Source: a virus
Reading direction: 5' to 3' (one strand)
Virus record (IMG/VR): IMGVR_UViG_3300025096_000004
Span: 1 to 64,000 of that record
DNA: 64,000 nucleotides
Shown: in pieces, positions 24,983 through 33,836 of the stretch
Numbering within the stretch: the stretch's first letter is position 1
Layout: every line of letters begins with the position of its first letter
Translations under genes and position numbers: made by a program
The notes under the pieces: model-generated
Database searches by the model: none
Seen by the model: only the letters and a program-made list of their open reading frames with translations
Told to the model about the DNA's origin: nothing

Positions 24983-25037
24983 ATAGTATGAAAAGAAATA
25001 CTTTTCATGTTTTTTCACTTCCCCCTTTGGAGCTTAT

Positions 25038-25418
25038 ATGTTTTCTCACCTTCCCCCTCTCGACTTTCTTAACCTTGAACGTCATTCCGAGAACATCGAG
25101 GATTATGCAGACCAGCATAACCCTGCGTATCTCGTTGACCTGTCCATCCGCATGAATGAGCAAGCTGACCGCTTGGCTAAGATGTTCACCGAGATTCAGG
25201 AGTCCCCTGACCATCAACCCATCGAGTACAAGGACATCATGCACTGGAAAGCTCGATACACTTATCTGAAGAATGTCGGTCAAGCTAAAGCGGCTCAAGC
25301 CCTTGCGAAAGCTGAAGCACTCAAGGAAGCTAAGGAAGCTGACAGTGACGAAGAGTTCATGGAAGGTTACAAAGAGTTCCTTGCCACCGAGTTCGATGGC
25401 GAGGTGTTTAATGATTAA
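25038..25418 (+). CDS. Hypothetical protein
   Basis: GGAG SD; 126 aa. Confidence 0.65.
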   Translation: MFSHLPPLDFLNLERHSENIEDYADQHNPAYLVDLSIRMNEQADRLAKMFTEIQESPDHQPIEYKDIMHWKARYTYLKNVGQAKAAQALAKAEALKEAKEADSDEEFMEGYKEFLATEFDGEVFND

Positions 25419-25637
25419 ATACCCTCCTTCCTATTTATTACCAACCCCCTCAATTGGAGACGCTATGTCAACCATCACTGAACACACTAACCATTATCTT
25501 GTAACCCGACCCGATGGAACAACCATCAAGTGTCATAACCTTGCGACTGCCAGATGGTACGTTCGTAATCCAGAAGCCAAGTAACCCTTGGCTCTACACC
25601 TCTACCCTCATACACCCCTGCCCTCCTTGGAGAATAC

Positions 25638-25973
25638 ATGTCACTGTCATCTTATCGCTCTGAAGCTTCTTACGCTCACTCTCACCGCAAGTTCGGTGGT
25701 TGCTCTACAAAGCAGGTGAAGCTTTTGCGAAAGGCTACCAACGATTATCATCGTGCGCTGCGTCGAAACAAACGTAACATCATTGCTGCTGACATTGCAG
25801 CCGAGGCGCGTGAATACTACGGACATGTGGGGAGGACTTACCACGATGGGGGATGGGATTGGTTCAATGACGATGTAGGTGTCTGGTCTGTGGCCGAAGG
25901 ACGTTACATTCTGTTGCGCCATGACATTGACCACGAACGCATTGAGTTATTGTGTCAACAGTTTGAAGGTTGA
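25638..25973 (+). CDS. Hypothetical protein
   Basis: GGAG SD; 111 aa. Confidence 0.6.
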   Translation: MSLSSYRSEASYAHSHRKFGGCSTKQVKLLRKATNDYHRALRRNKRNIIAADIAAEAREYYGHVGRTYHDGGWDWFNDDVGVWSVAEGRYILLRHDIDHERIELLCQQFEG

Positions 25974-26177
25974 GGCTTTTTGTTTCGTTTTGTTACGAAA
26001 TGAAACATGTTGTTTTGACGGGGGGTGCTCCCCCCTCCCCCCTACTGGTCGAGGGAAAAAAGGTCTTCGAATAAGTACTTAGAAACTGGCTTTTCGGCGA
26101 CCTTAGTATATGGTACATTTGCAATCGCCCCAAAAAATCACAAATCCAAAAATTCGGCGGCAAAAATTTTACAGTTT

Positions 26178-26750
26178 TCATGCCAATCCCGTTCGTAATG
26201 CCCGTTCCAAATCAAATTCACCCCTATGAATGGACTCGTAATTGAGTCCAATTTGCATTTGTGTGCCATGCCATAGACGTTCACCTTCAGCATTGAGCCT
26301 CATATTCATCATGGATTTGCATCCATTGCCGTCATAGCTCTCAATTTCGTGAATCTCATCCGACCATGCCATAAGGTACGTGGCGCCCTCAAAGGGCTCC
26401 CCCTTGAAATCTGTTCGAAGCCCATAGCAAAAAATTGTTATACCATGCCCATCAACGAGCTTTGTCAATTGAAGCACCTGCTTTTTTGTCAAAAATTGCG
26501 CCTCATCAATGAAAATATAATCGGATGCGCAGTTGCTGTTGTCACAGAAATCCGTATCCGTCGCAAATAGCTCCGCTTCCGCAGAGATACCCACCCGTGA
26601 AGCAATCTTCCCAGCGCCAAACCTGTCGTCAAGGGCAAAGGTGTGCCTCTTCACCTTAAATCCCTTACTTTCCAGATTGTGGCTCTTTTGGAGCAGTTGT
26701 GCAGATTTCCCGGCGTTCATCGCCGAATAGTAAAATGTTAATTTGGCCAT
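26178..26750 (-). CDS. tdk: Thymidine kinase
   Basis: YSAMNAGKS P-loop, IDEAQFL, YGLRTDF..PFEG; GGAGG SD before MAKL. Confidence 0.95.
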   Translation of the reverse strand: MAKLTFYYSAMNAGKSAQLLQKSHNLESKGFKVKRHTFALDDRFGAGKIASRVGISAEAELFATDTDFCDNSNCASDYIFIDEAQFLTKKQVLQLTKLVDGHGITIFCYGLRTDFKGEPFEGATYLMAWSDEIHEIESYDGNGCKSMMNMRLNAEGERLWHGTQMQIGLNYESIHRGEFDLERALRTGLA

Positions 26751-26768
26751 TGACCCTCCGTTTGATAT

Positions 26769-26797
26769 ATTATAACCCATTTTGGGCATTTTGTCAA
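26769..26797 (-). promoter_or_regulatory. sigma70-like promoter for tdk
   Basis: Minus-strand TTGACA-17-TATAAT. Confidence 0.8.
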
Positions 26798-26846
26798 GAC
26801 AATAGATGTTAAAAAACTAATTATCATAGAAAATGGAGGATTATTG

Positions 26847-27182
26847 ATGAAATATTTGCTATTATTGACATTAATGGGGTGTGGCAAGGCCAATCTTATT
26901 AAAAAAGCTCGAAGTCAATTTGCAAATGATGTAAATTGCATTCTTGTTCTTAGAGAACAAGTTGAAAAAACCGGATGCAAAGCATTGCAAGTTGAATACA
27001 GAAAAAAATCGACACTTATTCGATGCAAAAGGCCGGACGAAGAGCGAGGACCGTTTTGGGATAATTATGTTTTTAAAATTTCATCAGCAAAACAGAGAAT
27101 CGGTCAAGAATTTCTTCCAGAAATTGAAAAACATACCATTTGCATTGATAAAAATATTCGAATTGAGGCATATGCTCCATGA
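26847..27182 (+). CDS. Putative lipoprotein
   Basis: MKYLLLLTLMGC lipobox-like start. Confidence 0.6.
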   Translation: MKYLLLLTLMGCGKANLIKKARSQFANDVNCILVLREQVEKTGCKALQVEYRKKSTLIRCKRPDEERGPFWDNYVFKISSAKQRIGQEFLPEIEKHTICIDKNIRIEAYAP

Positions 27183-27697
27183 AATTGACAACACAACAAT
27201 TGAAACGAATCATAAAGGAAGAATTGGATGTCGTGCTTGACGAAGCCCTACCAGCAAAAGAAGAGTGGGTCGCTATTATGAATGATTGCATCAAATCCGG
27301 CAAAGATCACTATGATTGCATCGACTTGGCGACACAAGTATTCGGCAGAAGTTGGGATGATGAAACCATTAAAAAACATTTAGATTATGAATACGGAAAC
27401 AAACATCCAGAAAAATTGCGCCCGAAAAAAAGTGAAACAGATGAAATAAATGCTTGGATTGCTCAATCAGCGGAGGACGCTTACCAAAAACGAAACGCTG
27501 CCGCGATAGAGGCGGAAAAATGGGAAAAGCTTTACACTTCTTTCGATTGGAGCCAAGTAGGCCACATGTCAAACATATGGGTTGCAGATCGCTATGAGAA
27601 GGTTTTTGGAAAAGCACCAGATAGCAACCAACACGCCAAAAGAATCAAAAGAAAAATTATAAAGTGGATGAACGTACATGAGGCACAGAAATCATGA
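27179..27697 (+). CDS. Hypothetical protein with MKLTxxQLKRIIKEE leader
   Basis: Shared N-terminal motif. Confidence 0.7.
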   Translation: MKLTTQQLKRIIKEELDVVLDEALPAKEEWVAIMNDCIKSGKDHYDCIDLATQVFGRSWDDETIKKHLDYEYGNKHPEKLRPKKSETDEINAWIAQSAEDAYQKRNAAAIEAEKWEKLYTSFDWSQVGHMSNIWVADRYEKVFGKAPDSNQHAKRIKRKIIKWMNVHEAQKS

Positions 27698-28035
27698 AGT
27701 TTCCATTCGTATTAGAAAACAGCGTAATTCCCAAGCTTCTGTCAATCTTCATATCCATTGAGGCAATCACCCTCTGGCCGTTCATCATATCAAGAAAGAA
27801 GCTCAATTCCACAATGTTCAACCATGAAATGATACATATCAAGCAACAACAGGAACTGCTTGTCGTTGGATTCTATTTGCTATATGTTTTCTACTGGCTA
27901 AGGGGATTTTGGCTTTATCGGGACAGTGAAATAGCCTATCTTGCCATTCCGTTTGAACAAGAGGCGTACAGTCACGAATTCAATCAAGATTATTTGGAAA
28001 ACCGCAAGATCTTTTCTTGGTGGAAGTATAGATAA
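27694..28035 (+). CDS. Small zincin-like membrane-associated protein
   Basis: NHEMIHIKQQ (HExxH) and FEQEAY. Confidence 0.65.
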   Translation: MKFPFVLENSVIPKLLSIFISIEAITLWPFIISRKKLNSTMFNHEMIHIKQQQELLVVGFYLLYVFYWLRGFWLYRDSEIAYLAIPFEQEAYSHEFNQDYLENRKIFSWWKYR

Positions 28036-28069
28036 TTAATAAGGCGCGAATCGCCGGGAGAACAATTAA

Positions 28070-28360
28070 ATGTCTGAAGCAGAAAAAGATTTATATATGA
28101 GAATTGGCAGATTAGAAGACGGCATTGCCGACCTCAAAGTTGAAAGTGCCAAAACCTATAAGGACCTAATTGGCCACCACGAGATGGACAAAGTAAATTC
28201 GGCCTATATGAAGAAAGCTCTTGAGCAGCTTAAGGAAGCAACGAAGGATCCTCTTGCCGGGAAGGGCACATTTGCTCGATGGCTTGCGGCGGTACTAACC
28301 CCGCAAACAATAGCCATTGTAGCTGCCATCGTAGCTGCCGTGGTTGGCGCAAAACTATGA
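28070..28360 (+). CDS. Coiled-coil protein with C-terminal TM helix
   Basis: Hydrophobic tail IAIVAAIVAAVVG. Confidence 0.6.
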   Translation: MSEAEKDLYMRIGRLEDGIADLKVESAKTYKDLIGHHEMDKVNSAYMKKALEQLKEATKDPLAGKGTFARWLAAVLTPQTIAIVAAIVAAVVGAKL

Positions 28361-29142
28361 AATTGACGTTAGAGCAATTAGAACAAATGGTGCTAGACGA
28401 AATGTACAAGAAGTACAATCGCAAAGCTCCATTGGGAAAATATGTATTTCCAAAATATCTAACTCACGATTTACAAGATGAATTCCCCGATGCAGAGAGA
28501 GAAAGAGATACCCCGTTAGAAAAAATAATATCAAAAGCATTGAGAGTGCATGTCGCCCGAAACAGGGCATTGCCGAACAATGTCATAAAAAAATTGAAAA
28601 ACCTTATGTACGCCGGGCATTATCCAGAAATATTTAAATTTCGTAACGAAGGTCTGGTATATAGGGGAATGAATCTTTCAAAAGAATTTATACAGCATCA
28701 TTTCGGCTCATTACCCAAAAAACCAGTGTGGTATAAGCAACCTATTGACTGGTGGAATACGCGAGCAGAAAAAGTGTTAAGCAGAAAAATGCCGTATTCA
28801 TTTTCGACAAAAACTCGTTACAAAAAGAAAAAATGGCACAGCGGAAAACAGTGGGGAAGAGGGGCGGATTCTAAAGCATCATCATGGACAGACGACCTGC
28901 AATCCGCGAAGGGCTTTGCTGGTGATAATAAAGACGGCTTTGCCGTTATTCTCGTTGCCGATGCAAGCAAAAATCGCGATGTTTTTATTGATCTTGATCC
29001 GTTGTATAAATTATTCGAACCGTTTGAAGGCTTTGACCATGAAAATGAACTCATCGCCACGGATGATGTTAGGGTTCATTCAATAATATGGAACTACCTC
29101 TGGGCTGGGGAAGAAGCCCCTGATCAAAACTGGCTGCCTTAA
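28357..29142 (+). CDS. Putative ADP-ribosyltransferase (R-S-E clade)
   Basis: LVYRGMNL, ASSWTDD..SAKGFA and HENELI motifs; MKLT.EQLEQM leader. Confidence 0.65.
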   Translation: MKLTLEQLEQMVLDEMYKKYNRKAPLGKYVFPKYLTHDLQDEFPDAERERDTPLEKIISKALRVHVARNRALPNNVIKKLKNLMYAGHYPEIFKFRNEGLVYRGMNLSKEFIQHHFGSLPKKPVWYKQPIDWWNTRAEKVLSRKMPYSFSTKTRYKKKKWHSGKQWGRGADSKASSWTDDLQSAKGFAGDNKDGFAVILVADASKNRDVFIDLDPLYKLFEPFEGFDHENELIATDDVRVHSIIWNYLWAGEEAPDQNWLP

Positions 29143-29170
29143 AGTCGATTAACAAAACTGGAACTAAAAG

Positions 29171-29851
29171 ATGAAATTATCAAAAGAGCAACTTAGAAGG
29201 ATTATCAAAGAAGAGTATCGCAAACTGCTCAATGAAGATTGGATGGAAGATGTTCATAAAATCGGCGAGCTTTGGAATGCCGGCAAGGGTGATGAGAAAA
29301 ACGTAAGAATGGTTTTGCAACTTCTTCCATCCATTGGGGAAGCTCTGGCCCAATTGGACCCCGCTTGGAAACCCCTAATCGATGCATACCCTGACAACAT
29401 TGTTGTTGACTATACAACAAATTTGTCCAAACGATGGATTCGCGTCTTTTACGAATCAAAAGAAACTGCCGATGTTGTATTGATATTTTTTCGAAATTAT
29501 ATTACGGGTTCCAAATGGCGGAGTTCCGGCATGCCAAGCAAATGGGAAGGTGGAAATTGGATTCAACACAATTTGCCGCGAGAAAAGAATAAGCTGGGAC
29601 CAAGCGAAATACCAAATGCACCAACAATAGAAATCTTGGCCATGATGCTTGATGTGGGTGATGTAGGCCGGGGCGTCGGCATAAAAGAATTGCAGAACAG
29701 GGGCTATGTTGGAGACATCCCGCCACGAACAATGGCATTTCACGAAGACCCGCATTATTACCAGATGCAGTCTGATGGGTCCGTCAAGAAGATCAACGGA
29801 CACTTTGAATTGGACAATGCCACGCTTATGCGATTACAACAGGAATTGTAA
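29171..29851 (+). CDS. Hypothetical protein with MKLSKEQLRRIIKEE leader
   Basis: Shared N-terminal motif. Confidence 0.7.
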   Translation: MKLSKEQLRRIIKEEYRKLLNEDWMEDVHKIGELWNAGKGDEKNVRMVLQLLPSIGEALAQLDPAWKPLIDAYPDNIVVDYTTNLSKRWIRVFYESKETADVVLIFFRNYITGSKWRSSGMPSKWEGGNWIQHNLPREKNKLGPSEIPNAPTIEILAMMLDVGDVGRGVGIKELQNRGYVGDIPPRTMAFHEDPHYYQMQSDGSVKKINGHFELDNATLMRLQQEL

Positions 29852-30244
29852 ATGGATCTTATATCAACGCACATATGCAAAGGCAAAAATATCGGCGTTC
29901 ATGGCAATCTCTTTGGCGGGATCATGCTATCTTGGCTAGATGAAGCAGGTGGTGCATATGCTTGCCAATGCTGCGATACGCCGAGGATGGTTACCGTTCG
30001 AATGGGGGAAACCCTTTTTAAGAAACCTGTTCGTCCGGGACATCTGCTTAAGATTTATGGTGAGGTCGTCCGTGTCGGGACCACATCCATAACAATAAAC
30101 CTAGAAGCAAGGCGTCATAGCGTGTATAATGGCACTCAAGTTCTTGCCTGCACCAGTAGCCTTGTCTTCGTTCGCGTCGATGGGGATGGAACAGCTATAC
30201 CCCTTAGTGATAAAGTTAAGAAGAAATACGCAAAAAAAGACTAA
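29852..30244 (+). CDS. Acyl-CoA thioesterase (hotdog fold, YciA-like)
   Basis: HGNLFGG.MLSWLDEAG, VG.TSI, FVRVD.DG. Confidence 0.88.
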   Translation: MDLISTHICKGKNIGVHGNLFGGIMLSWLDEAGGAYACQCCDTPRMVTVRMGETLFKKPVRPGHLLKIYGEVVRVGTTSITINLEARRHSVYNGTQVLACTSSLVFVRVDGDGTAIPLSDKVKKKYAKKD

Positions 30245-30358
30245 TTAATGTAAGCATGAGAAAAAAGCATGTATAACACAGATAAAGATTGGATTTTGAT
30301 AATTGCCGTTATGATATTTGTTATCATTGGCTACGCAATGTGCATGGGAGCCTAAACG

Positions 30359-32569
30359 ATGAAAATAAGAATAAGAAAAAAGAAAGTACCATTTCTCAAT
30401 GAAGCATTAACTGGACTGCACTTGCCGGATATTATTAATACGAAGATCATGGAAGAGGTTACAATCAACGCCAAAGCTCAAGAAGTCTACGGCAAGATCA
30501 TTCGAGATACATTATTTCGATGGCGTGGACGATGGTTTCAAAATAAAATGTTCCATATCATGATGGCGAGAAGAACCATGGCTGGAGACAGCGAGTACAT
30601 TCTTGATGGTGTAAACGAATCAATTTTTAATCAATTTATCAAAAACAATATAGAGAAGGCAGGGCTAACTGCGAAAGAAGATGAACATGGAATGAATTGG
30701 GAAAAATGGATTTCAAGATTAAATCCCGACAATCCCGATATTCAAATTGGCGCTGATGCTGATTGGGCAATTATGGTTGGTGATACGGAAGCTTCTTTTC
30801 CGGAAGGGTGGGAAGATGAAATGAGTCCCACGCGAGCTAGGTTATATAGAAGGCGCGTAGAGCGGGACGTTAAGCGTTTTGAAGGATACGTGCCAAATGG
30901 GCGAAAGGCTCTCCATGCTGCTCAAAAAGAATATGTTCAATTTAGAAACGAACTCAAAGACGTTGCGGCTGGGCTATTTGAAAAGTTAAAGGTTCAAGGT
31001 GGCAACCGAAGATTTGTCCAAGTAAATCGAGATTTATGGGTAGATATTCGGAGAGCCCTTAAGAGCACCCGAAAGAAATTTAAGAAATGGGGGTTCCAAC
31101 AAATTTATGAAGATGAGATTGTTCCGGCTGTCGATTCATTATATTTGATGATTTGGAAATATGCGGCTGAGAAAGAAGACATGGTGAAGATTGCGGCTTA
31201 TTTGAATAGATCTCCGAGAAATCATGCTGGGGTTGAGAAAGCCATGAATAAGGCCATTGATAATGGCGATGATATTCTTACTCATGTTGTTAAATTTTTG
31301 GCGACAGGTGAAATGGAGAAATCTTTAAAAACCTCTTGCGAAGATGTTGCCGCTGAGAAGGGAAGCGATAACATGTTTTGGACCGATGGGACGCCATGTG
31401 TTATCAAGAAATATGATGATGGGCACTTTTGGTTTAATCGAGCATCAAGAAATTGTGAGGCGTTTGGGACTGAAGGGAGAAATTGTGGTAGTGGAGCATA
31501 TCTGCTGATCGATCTTCAAAAGATGGGAGATACGAGGACATGGCACATTGGGCTGGATTATGATCCGAATAGTAATATACTGCACCAAGTGCTTAGCAAA
31601 GGAAATGTGTTTCCTGTGGAGAAGTATTGGCCTTATATTAAGGATTTTGTGGAAAAATTTGGCGTCAAAGACATCGAGGTCGATGCCTTTACTCATTCAC
31701 AAGATTCAAGTCCGTCGCAAATTGCTAAATTCATGACCTTTGTGATGGGAGAGGACCATGAGCGAGGCAAAGAAGATGAAGCATTAAAAGAAATCATATC
31801 AAAGATAGACAATGGTGAATATAATTTCGGTATTGTCGATTCAATGGCTGAAAGATTTAGAAAAGTTGGAAAGGTTGAAGTATGGGGAGCTTTAAGGGAT
31901 AGCGAGGGCATCCATTTTGATGTTGCTTTCGATTCCAAATGGCAGTCCGACTTTCCGATAAAACCCAAAGAGTGGAGAGAGAAGTATGCACATGACCGAG
32001 GTTTTTTAGAAAGAACCATGTCTGAGAAAGCAACAAATTTAATTGAAGAATGGTGGAACCAGCACCATCACCGGTTCTTCTTTAATATGTATTCTCACTT
32101 GGGACCGCTAGCTATCGGGGTGAAACCAACATTGGCGTTCAGCATGAAGATCGATATGCACGAAAAGTTCTGGCGGGAAGAGTTCCCCGAACGGGCCAGT
32201 GATACCGGGTTTATAAGAGGCACAGAACTAGAGATGGCACACAAGGCTTTTACCAATAACGGCGGCATGATGAATGGAATCTATTATCCAATTAAAAATG
32301 AGGATAATATGAATAGATACATTCAAAAGATGAGGTCCTCTATATTTCCAAGACAGGAAAGAAGAAAATTTTTAAGCCACTTTGATGAGGAGATGGAAAA
32401 AGAGTGGGCGGATGCTTTAAAAGAAGTTGAAAGACAGGCTGCTGTACTTAGAGGCGATACTGACTTGGCCGAGGTTTGGAAGAAAAATGCAAATATTAAA
32501 CCCAAGAAAAAGATCAATGTCCATGAAGCAGCAGCCAAAAACAATTGGTATAGGAAGAGACAGAAATGA
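30359..32569 (+). CDS. Large protein with PcfJ-like domain, paralog A
   Basis: KKYDDGHFW..EGRNCGS..LIDL..HI...LHQVLSKGN..P; MKIRIRKK..LNE leader. Confidence 0.6.
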   Translation: MKIRIRKKKVPFLNEALTGLHLPDIINTKIMEEVTINAKAQEVYGKIIRDTLFRWRGRWFQNKMFHIMMARRTMAGDSEYILDGVNESIFNQFIKNNIEKAGLTAKEDEHGMNWEKWISRLNPDNPDIQIGADADWAIMVGDTEASFPEGWEDEMSPTRARLYRRRVERDVKRFEGYVPNGRKALHAAQKEYVQFRNELKDVAAGLFEKLKVQGGNRRFVQVNRDLWVDIRRALKSTRKKFKKWGFQQIYEDEIVPAVDSLYLMIWKYAAEKEDMVKIAAYLNRSPRNHAGVEKAMNKAIDNGDDILTHVVKFLATGEMEKSLKTSCEDVAAEKGSDNMFWTDGTPCVIKKYDDGHFWFNRASRNCEAFGTEGRNCGSGAYLLIDLQKMGDTRTWHIGLDYDPNSNILHQVLSKGNVFPVEKYWPYIKDFVEKFGVKDIEVDAFTHSQDSSPSQIAKFMTFVMGEDHERGKEDEALKEIISKIDNGEYNFGIVDSMAERFRKVGKVEVWGALRDSEGIHFDVAFDSKWQSDFPIKPKEWREKYAHDRGFLERTMSEKATNLIEEWWNQHHHRFFFNMYSHLGPLAIGVKPTLAFSMKIDMHEKFWREEFPERASDTGFIRGTELEMAHKAFTNNGGMMNGIYYPIKNEDNMNRYIQKMRSSIFPRQERRKFLSHFDEEMEKEWADALKEVERQAAVLRGDTDLAEVWKKNANIKPKKKINVHEAAAKNNWYRKRQK

Positions 32570-33255
32570 AACTTATAATGGAGACATGGCGAAGGTATTT
32601 AACAGAATCCCAAGTGACAAAGCTTAGGATTTTTGACTTTGATGAGACCATTGCCTTTACAAAGTCTTCCGTTCGAGTAATAACCCCAAGGGGAAAGAAA
32701 ATTGAATTTCCTTCTCAATTAGAATATGATAAGTGGATCAGCAAGATGGGACAAGAACTTGACATTCAAGACTTCGATCCAGTAGGTGCGATGGTCAGGA
32801 TGGGCTTTAAATTCGATTATAGTGATTTTGATAAAGTTATCGATCCGGAAGAAAATAATAGGGTTGTCAAGATTTTAGGACGTGTTGTTGGAGCGAACCG
32901 ACTTGATCCGCAGAGAGAAGTTTATATTATGACTGCTCGAGGTCCAGAAGCTAAGAAACCAATAATGGATTATCTTATGACTTTAAAGAGAGAAGATGGG
33001 TCTCCAAGGTTTGAAAAAAGTGACTTCACCGGCATACTCACTTTGACAGGGCAATCCAAACAACGAGCGATTGAAAAGCTTATTCTCAAACACTCAACAG
33101 ACGGGCAAACCTCAATTAGACAAATTTCATTTTTTGATGATTCTCAAAAGAACCTCGATGATGTCATGCAATTGAGAAACAAATATCCAGATATTGACAT
33201 TGCAATAGAAAAGGTCGAGCATGGAGATATTACAAGTTTGGAGGAAGAGATATGA
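32566..33255 (+). CDS. HAD-superfamily phosphatase-like protein
   Basis: IFDFDETI, MTARG, FFDDS..NL; MKLIMETWRRYLTE leader. Confidence 0.7.
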   Translation: MKLIMETWRRYLTESQVTKLRIFDFDETIAFTKSSVRVITPRGKKIEFPSQLEYDKWISKMGQELDIQDFDPVGAMVRMGFKFDYSDFDKVIDPEENNRVVKILGRVVGANRLDPQREVYIMTARGPEAKKPIMDYLMTLKREDGSPRFEKSDFTGILTLTGQSKQRAIEKLILKHSTDGQTSIRQISFFDDSQKNLDDVMQLRNKYPDIDIAIEKVEHGDITSLEEEI

Positions 33256-33542
33256 AACTCATAATGGAAAATTGGAGAAAATACATTAAAGAAGGTGAAC
33301 TTATCCAAGGTCCATGGGTTTCGGCCAAAGATCAAGCAGTTGAAGAATTTATAAAATTATTCCCTCCGGCGATGGCACCAGATGAAGTGGAGGCAGAGGA
33401 GTTCATATTTGCGCTTCAAAGTAAAGAGGTCGAGTCTGCTCTAAAGGCCATTGGTTATCGACCGGAGACCTTTGGTATGGACCATCTTGGAAATATCTAC
33501 ATTTGGGTTGACAGGTGGTTTAACAAAAAGAGTATGCTATAA
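33252..33542 (+). CDS. Hypothetical protein with MKLIMENWRKYIKE leader
   Basis: Shared N-terminal motif. Confidence 0.7.
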   Translation: MKLIMENWRKYIKEGELIQGPWVSAKDQAVEEFIKLFPPAMAPDEVEAEEFIFALQSKEVESALKAIGYRPETFGMDHLGNIYIWVDRWFNKKSML

Positions 33543-33785
33543 AGAATCAAGTTTGTAAACCTTTATGCGATCTACAGGTATAAGATATAGCGTAACACCC
33601 TTGGCAAACCATAAATCCACAACATCAATTCCGTCTTTTGAGTCATCTTGGTAAATATCCGATATAACTATCCCAAAGGTGCCAAATATATCAGTAACTC
33701 TTTCCAATATTTCAAGATATTTTTTCGTTTCAAGCTCATTTGGTTGCGAAAATACAACCATTGATCCTTTTTTTATTTGTTCCAA
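33537..33785 (-). CDS. Hypothetical SH3-like protein
   Basis: IKKGSMV..GIVI; GGGG SD; fills the gap between two + genes. Confidence 0.55.
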   Translation of the reverse strand: MEQIKKGSMVVFSQPNELETKKYLEILERVTDIFGTFGIVISDIYQDDSKDGIDVVDLWFAKGVTLYLIPVDRIKVYKLDSL

Positions 33786-33836
33786 TCATTTATCCCCCCA
33801 ATGTAACTAATTACAACAAGTTTGGAGTTTTTTTAA

